Assembly (NCBI RefSeq): GCF_009914755.1
Contig: NC_060928.1
Direction: 5' to 3' (one strand)
DNA: 64,000 nt
Source of the DNA: the human T2T-CHM13v2.0 reference genome, Homo sapiens
The notes under the pieces are model-generated. The model worked only from the letters and a program-made list of their open reading frames with translations. It searched no databases and was not told the origin of the DNA. Of this stretch, positions 59,773-64,000 are shown piece by piece. A program made the position numbers and the translations under genes. Every line of letters begins with the position of its first letter. Position 1 is the first letter of the stretch.

Positions 59773-60464
59773 AAGAATTGTTCTTTGATTGTCACTTGCT
59801 ACCGCACCATTTCCCTGCCATGATTATTCCCATGGATGCGTAGGTTATTTATATTTTTCTTTGATTCATCCTTTTTTATAGACATTTCATAAGATATGGC
59901 CCCACAATATTACAGAATTCCTAATGTTTAGTTTCTTTGCAGAGAAGATATATTCATTCTCTATGACAGTTTTATTCTCCCATAGGAGTTCCGCCCAAAC
60001 AAAAGATAAACGCAAATAAGTGCACAGCCTGCATCACAGGGAAGGTGTGCTGGGGAGGAGCACAAATAAAGTATCATAGATAACACAAAATATTTATTTC
60101 CTAAGAAATAATCCAGTACTGTGCAGTCAAAATATGTCCATAAGAAACAAAATCCACCTCTCTCACATTTTATTTATTCTTCTCTATTCTCACCCATTTT
60201 TTATGGAAGCACTTTCCAGCAATTAATAATCCAGAAACAGAATATGCTATTTTGATGAGAGTATGCTGTTCCCTTCCAGGACTAAGGATGTAAACAAAAG
60301 TAATAGGTAAAGAGTGTGCCCAGTGGTTCTTCTCTCAGCCCAAGTCTGCTGGAAAAGTGAGGAGATTCTGGGGCATATATTAAAACTGCTTCCCAGGGAA
60401 CTGGCAATCAATCAATATTGAATGATCATTGAGCTGAGCATGAATTCCTGGAAAACACCAGTTT

Positions 60465-60790
60465 TCATTTACTTATTCAACAAATGATTATGGATTGTTT
60501 TAGGTGTGGCAAACTGTAAGAGAGTATATATGAGATAAGAAATGGCAACTAAATTGGAGTTGATCATAGTTTGGTATAAGAAAATAAATAAGAATGATAT
60601 TAGCTTCAACAGGATAAATGCAGAGATTCTGATTTAGGAAGGAGAGATTGTTTATTTCTAGATGAGATGAAGGAAACCCTAGAGTGCGTGAGTGTATGCA
60701 TGAGTGTGTATGTGTGTGTGTTTGAGGGGCAGAGAGAACACACTGAGGTGTTTTGTTAAGCTGGGTCTTTACAATATTTAGGCAATGCTA
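60465..60790 (-). mobile_element. L2 fragment with a (TG)n-like stretch
   Basis: ttcatttacttattcaacaaatgatta... Confidence 0.5.
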
Positions 60791-61210
60791 GTTTGCACAA
60801 CAGAACATATTTCTAGTCAATAAAACAATATAGAGCCATGAAAAAACATGACACACTTGGAGGGAAAATTGAGAAGTTCACTGTGACAAGAATTAAGGTG
60901 TGAGGGGGCAATAGTAAAATACAATGTTGGAAGCAGGATGGAACTTGTTTGTGAAATGTTTGATGCAGCATAATATAGGGGTTATTCTTGCCCTCTGCCC
61001 AATTGCCCTTCACCTGCATGCCTCTTCTTCCGAGGCTAGCATCTGCTGCTGCCAATTAGAATAGCCCCTTCTAGAGAAACTGACCAGAGCAATGTGTCCA
61101 AGGTTGGATGTAGGATTTAAGCCAAACTACAGAAACTGAGTACAGTGATGATCCAAAGACAGGCATAGGGCCTACACTAAACATTGTCTAGACATTTGCT
61201 AGGATTCTTC

Positions 61211-61356
61211 TTATTGGATTTTGATGGAAGGAAAAAGAAGTGAAGGAAAAGAGCTTCTTTTCTCCTTTCTGATGGCAATATGTAAGCCCAACGCGATCAG
61301 TAGTTCTGTTCCCGCCATGATGAAAAAGCTTGTCCAAAGTAGGGTAAATTCAGCAT
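61211..61356 (-). other. Candidate exon with a hydrophobic open frame
   Basis: Strong acceptor tttcatgcctcttctgttctttag|AT; frame AEFTLLWTSFFIMAGTELLIALGLHIAIRKEKRSSFPSLLFPSIKIQ*; local CpG retention. Confidence 0.25.
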
Positions 61357-61699
61357 CTAAAGAACAGAAGAGGCATGAAAACCAAGGGAGATATATTCCT
61401 CAGTGTTTTGTGCTTTTAATCTAGTTATTCCTGTTATAGTTCTTTCTAAGAATGTGGTTAAATAAGGCAATGCTTTCATACCCAAGCTAATTAAAATTGG
61501 ATTTCTGTTACTTACAGCCAACACAGTACGTTTCTGTTTTGTGTTTATCTTTTATTTTTTAAATCAAATTAAATATTTAAAAATTTTCAGGAACTTTATT
61601 TTTATATTCTAAACACATTAGTGATGTTTATGTTCTTCTGGGAGGTGAGGTAGCATTCAGGTTTTTAACATGTAAACTGAATAAACTCTATTAAGGCTT

Positions 61700-63050
61700 C
61701 TACTTCTGTTAATGACAGGCTGGTTAATACAAATTAATACTGCTACTGAGGGCAACTAGAAATCTGGATAAAATGTTATAAAAAATACTGCATTTTAAGT
61801 CTTTTCAGAGCAAACAAGAAGTGAATAATTACCAGGTCAGGAGACTTAGGAGGACAGAAGAAGAGGAAGATAAGCCTGACTTTTGGAGCTACTTTTCTGA
61901 GAAATCTGGAGGTTCAGCTAAGAAGCAATTTATATAGCCTCACAGCACTAGGAAAAATGGAATTGAGGTACAGTACACTTACCTACTATGCTGAGGTGGT
62001 AGGTAAGTCTATCTCTTTGGGTTGAGACATGAAAAGGCTTAATCTTAGAAGTAATGTTGAATTAAAAGTGAACATCTCTTTACTGGGACTGCAGCTTAGC
62101 TTCAAGCCATCATACCTAGAATTGAATTGAGGCACTCCTGTATTTCTAGTGTGACCAGGTGCCTGGCAGGAGCTAACATAAATCCTCTCTGCAGAAAAAT
62201 GACATCATGCTAGGACTCAAATTATTTCTCCAATTAAAAAATACTATTTTACCATATAATCCAAAATATGGACACAAGGCAATAAATCAACAGGGATGAA
62301 ACCCTCCAGGTACAACATACAAGAGAAACAGAGTAATATGACCTCCAGATACCAGGATAGATTTTAAAGTGACTAAGCTTATTATATTCAAAGAGACAGA
62401 AGGACAAGACTGGATATTTTGGCAGAGAAGTGGAGCCATAAGAAATGTTGACACGAAAATTCTAGAACTAGTAAGTATGATAATTAAAATTAAACACTCA
62501 ATAGATGGGTTTAAAAGCAAAATAGCAACAGTTGCAGAACTATTTGGTAACCCTGAAAATGATTTGCAAGAAAATATGTAGAATAAAGCATAAGAGGTAA
62601 AAGGATAAAAATGCCAAAAAGAAGGTAAGGAACAGGGAATATAATGCAATGGTTTATTATTTTGGGTAACTGGAACAAAACAAAAAGAGAAGGAGAAAAG
62701 GATAATTGCATTATTGGAAACAATACGGACTAAAAACGTTCCAAAATTTATTGAGGACATTAAGCCATGGACTCAAGAGATCTTACAAAACTGGAAGCAT
62801 GACAAATAAAAAAAATCTACATCTAAATACATCATGGTAAGCCTACAGAAAATTAAAGATGAAGAAAATATCTTAAGAGGTAGAAAAGAGAGGATTAACT
62901 TCAAAGTAGCAACAATTACTCTGTCAGCTAATCTATCTACAGAAAAAAGGAAGCTGAACACGTAAAATATTTTAATATGCTTAAAAATACATGCCAACCT
63001 AGAGTTCTCTACCAAAATACAATATTCTTCAAGAATGAAGGTGAACAAAT
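61700..63050 (+). mobile_element. Ancient L1M 5'UTR/ORF1 relic
   Basis: ORF1-like peptides (IIKIKHSIDGFKSK; CQPRVLYQNTIFFKNEGE). Confidence 0.7.
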
Positions 63051-63064
63051 TGCAGACAAATTCA

Positions 63065-63422
63065 TTTTGTCAGTATTGGGTGACATATTGAGGGAACTTA
63101 CAGACAGAAGCATGGTTGTGAAAGGCAGCAAGACAGACAGATCTCCACACTGTTACTTCCCAGACCCAAGGGTTATATACCACAGGGAAAGGGTATATGT
63201 GCTCCAGCAAGACAGTTAAAGACAATTCTTGTCATTCTCTCAAACAGACAAGAATGCTATGTGCGTCATAGCCTATAATTTGTGTGACAACAACAAGGTT
63301 TGACATGTTCTTACACTAAGGACAGTAAATTAAGTAGAATTAGGAGGCACTCATGGGACTGAGGCTAACAGAAGTCAGCATGGCAGACTAGCATCCGACA
63401 TGGGGTCACCTTTGTTTTCACA
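63065..63422 (-). mobile_element. LTR47-like LTR
   Basis: Minus strand begins tgtgaaaacaaaggtgaccccatgtcggatgctagtctgccatgctgacttctg. Confidence 0.6.
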
Positions 63423-63755
63423 TACACAATGGAATATTGTTCAGCCAAAAAAAAGAAAATGAAATTCTGCCATTTACAGCAACATGGATGGAACTGGAGG
63501 TCATTATGCTAAGTGAAACAAGCCATGCACAGAAAGACAAATATTACATGATTTCACTCATATGTAGGAGTTAAGAAAGTAGATCTCATGAAGATAGAGA
63601 GTAGACTGGTGATTACCAAAGATTGGGGAGTGTTGTGAGGAGGGGGGAGATGAAGAGAGATTGATTAATGGGTTCAAATATACACTTGATAGAAGAAATA
63701 ATAGGACCTAGTATTTGATAGATCAGTATGGTAACTATAGTTTACAATAAAATAA
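63423..63755 (+). mobile_element. L1MA-type 3' fragment
   Basis: acaatggaatattgttcagcc...ggatggaactggaggtcattatgctaagtgaa...gatagaagaaataa. Confidence 0.8.
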
Positions 63756-64000
63756 AGAGCAATAAAAATAATAAATATGCGAATATCTACATAAATATCA
63801 ATGCTATAAAATACAAATAATAACTTTTAGATTAAATATATAAAAAGAATTAAATACCCAATGATAATAGCATATACTAAAAGGCAAAATAAATTGAGTT
63901 AAAATGTTCAAAGGTTCTTATATTATCAGTAATGGAGGAAGAATATCAACTGATATTAAATTTTCAGAAGTAAAAGATGCATGTTGTGAGATCTAGAATA

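Overview
This is AT-rich, CpG-poor primate (hominoid-like) nuclear DNA, not prokaryotic. Well over half is interspersed repeat: Alu, L1 of many ages (L1PA2 to L1MC/ME), MaLR/ERV LTRs, MIR, L2 and hAT/mariner relics. I see no recognisable complete gene, CpG island, RNA gene or CRISPR array, and almost all listed ORFs are repeat-derived or chance. Most long L1s lie on the + strand and several exon-like segments lie on the - strand, which suggests a long intron of a minus-strand gene (inference). Main findings: (1) two independent, 5'-inverted young L1s (L1PA3-like and L1PA2-like) form a ~5 kb quasi-palindrome and share two non-consensus variants, suggesting arm-to-arm gene conversion; (2) a 1.5 kb TSD-flanked, poly(A)-tailed insert made of old L1 and two LTRs, cut at an LTR poly(A) site (orphan transduction or ncRNA retrocopy); (3) a ~150 bp L1 with a micro-inversion; (4) palindromic tandem repeats; (5) candidate minus-strand exons. 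Subfamily names come from recalled consensus sequences, and boundaries of old repeats are approximate.
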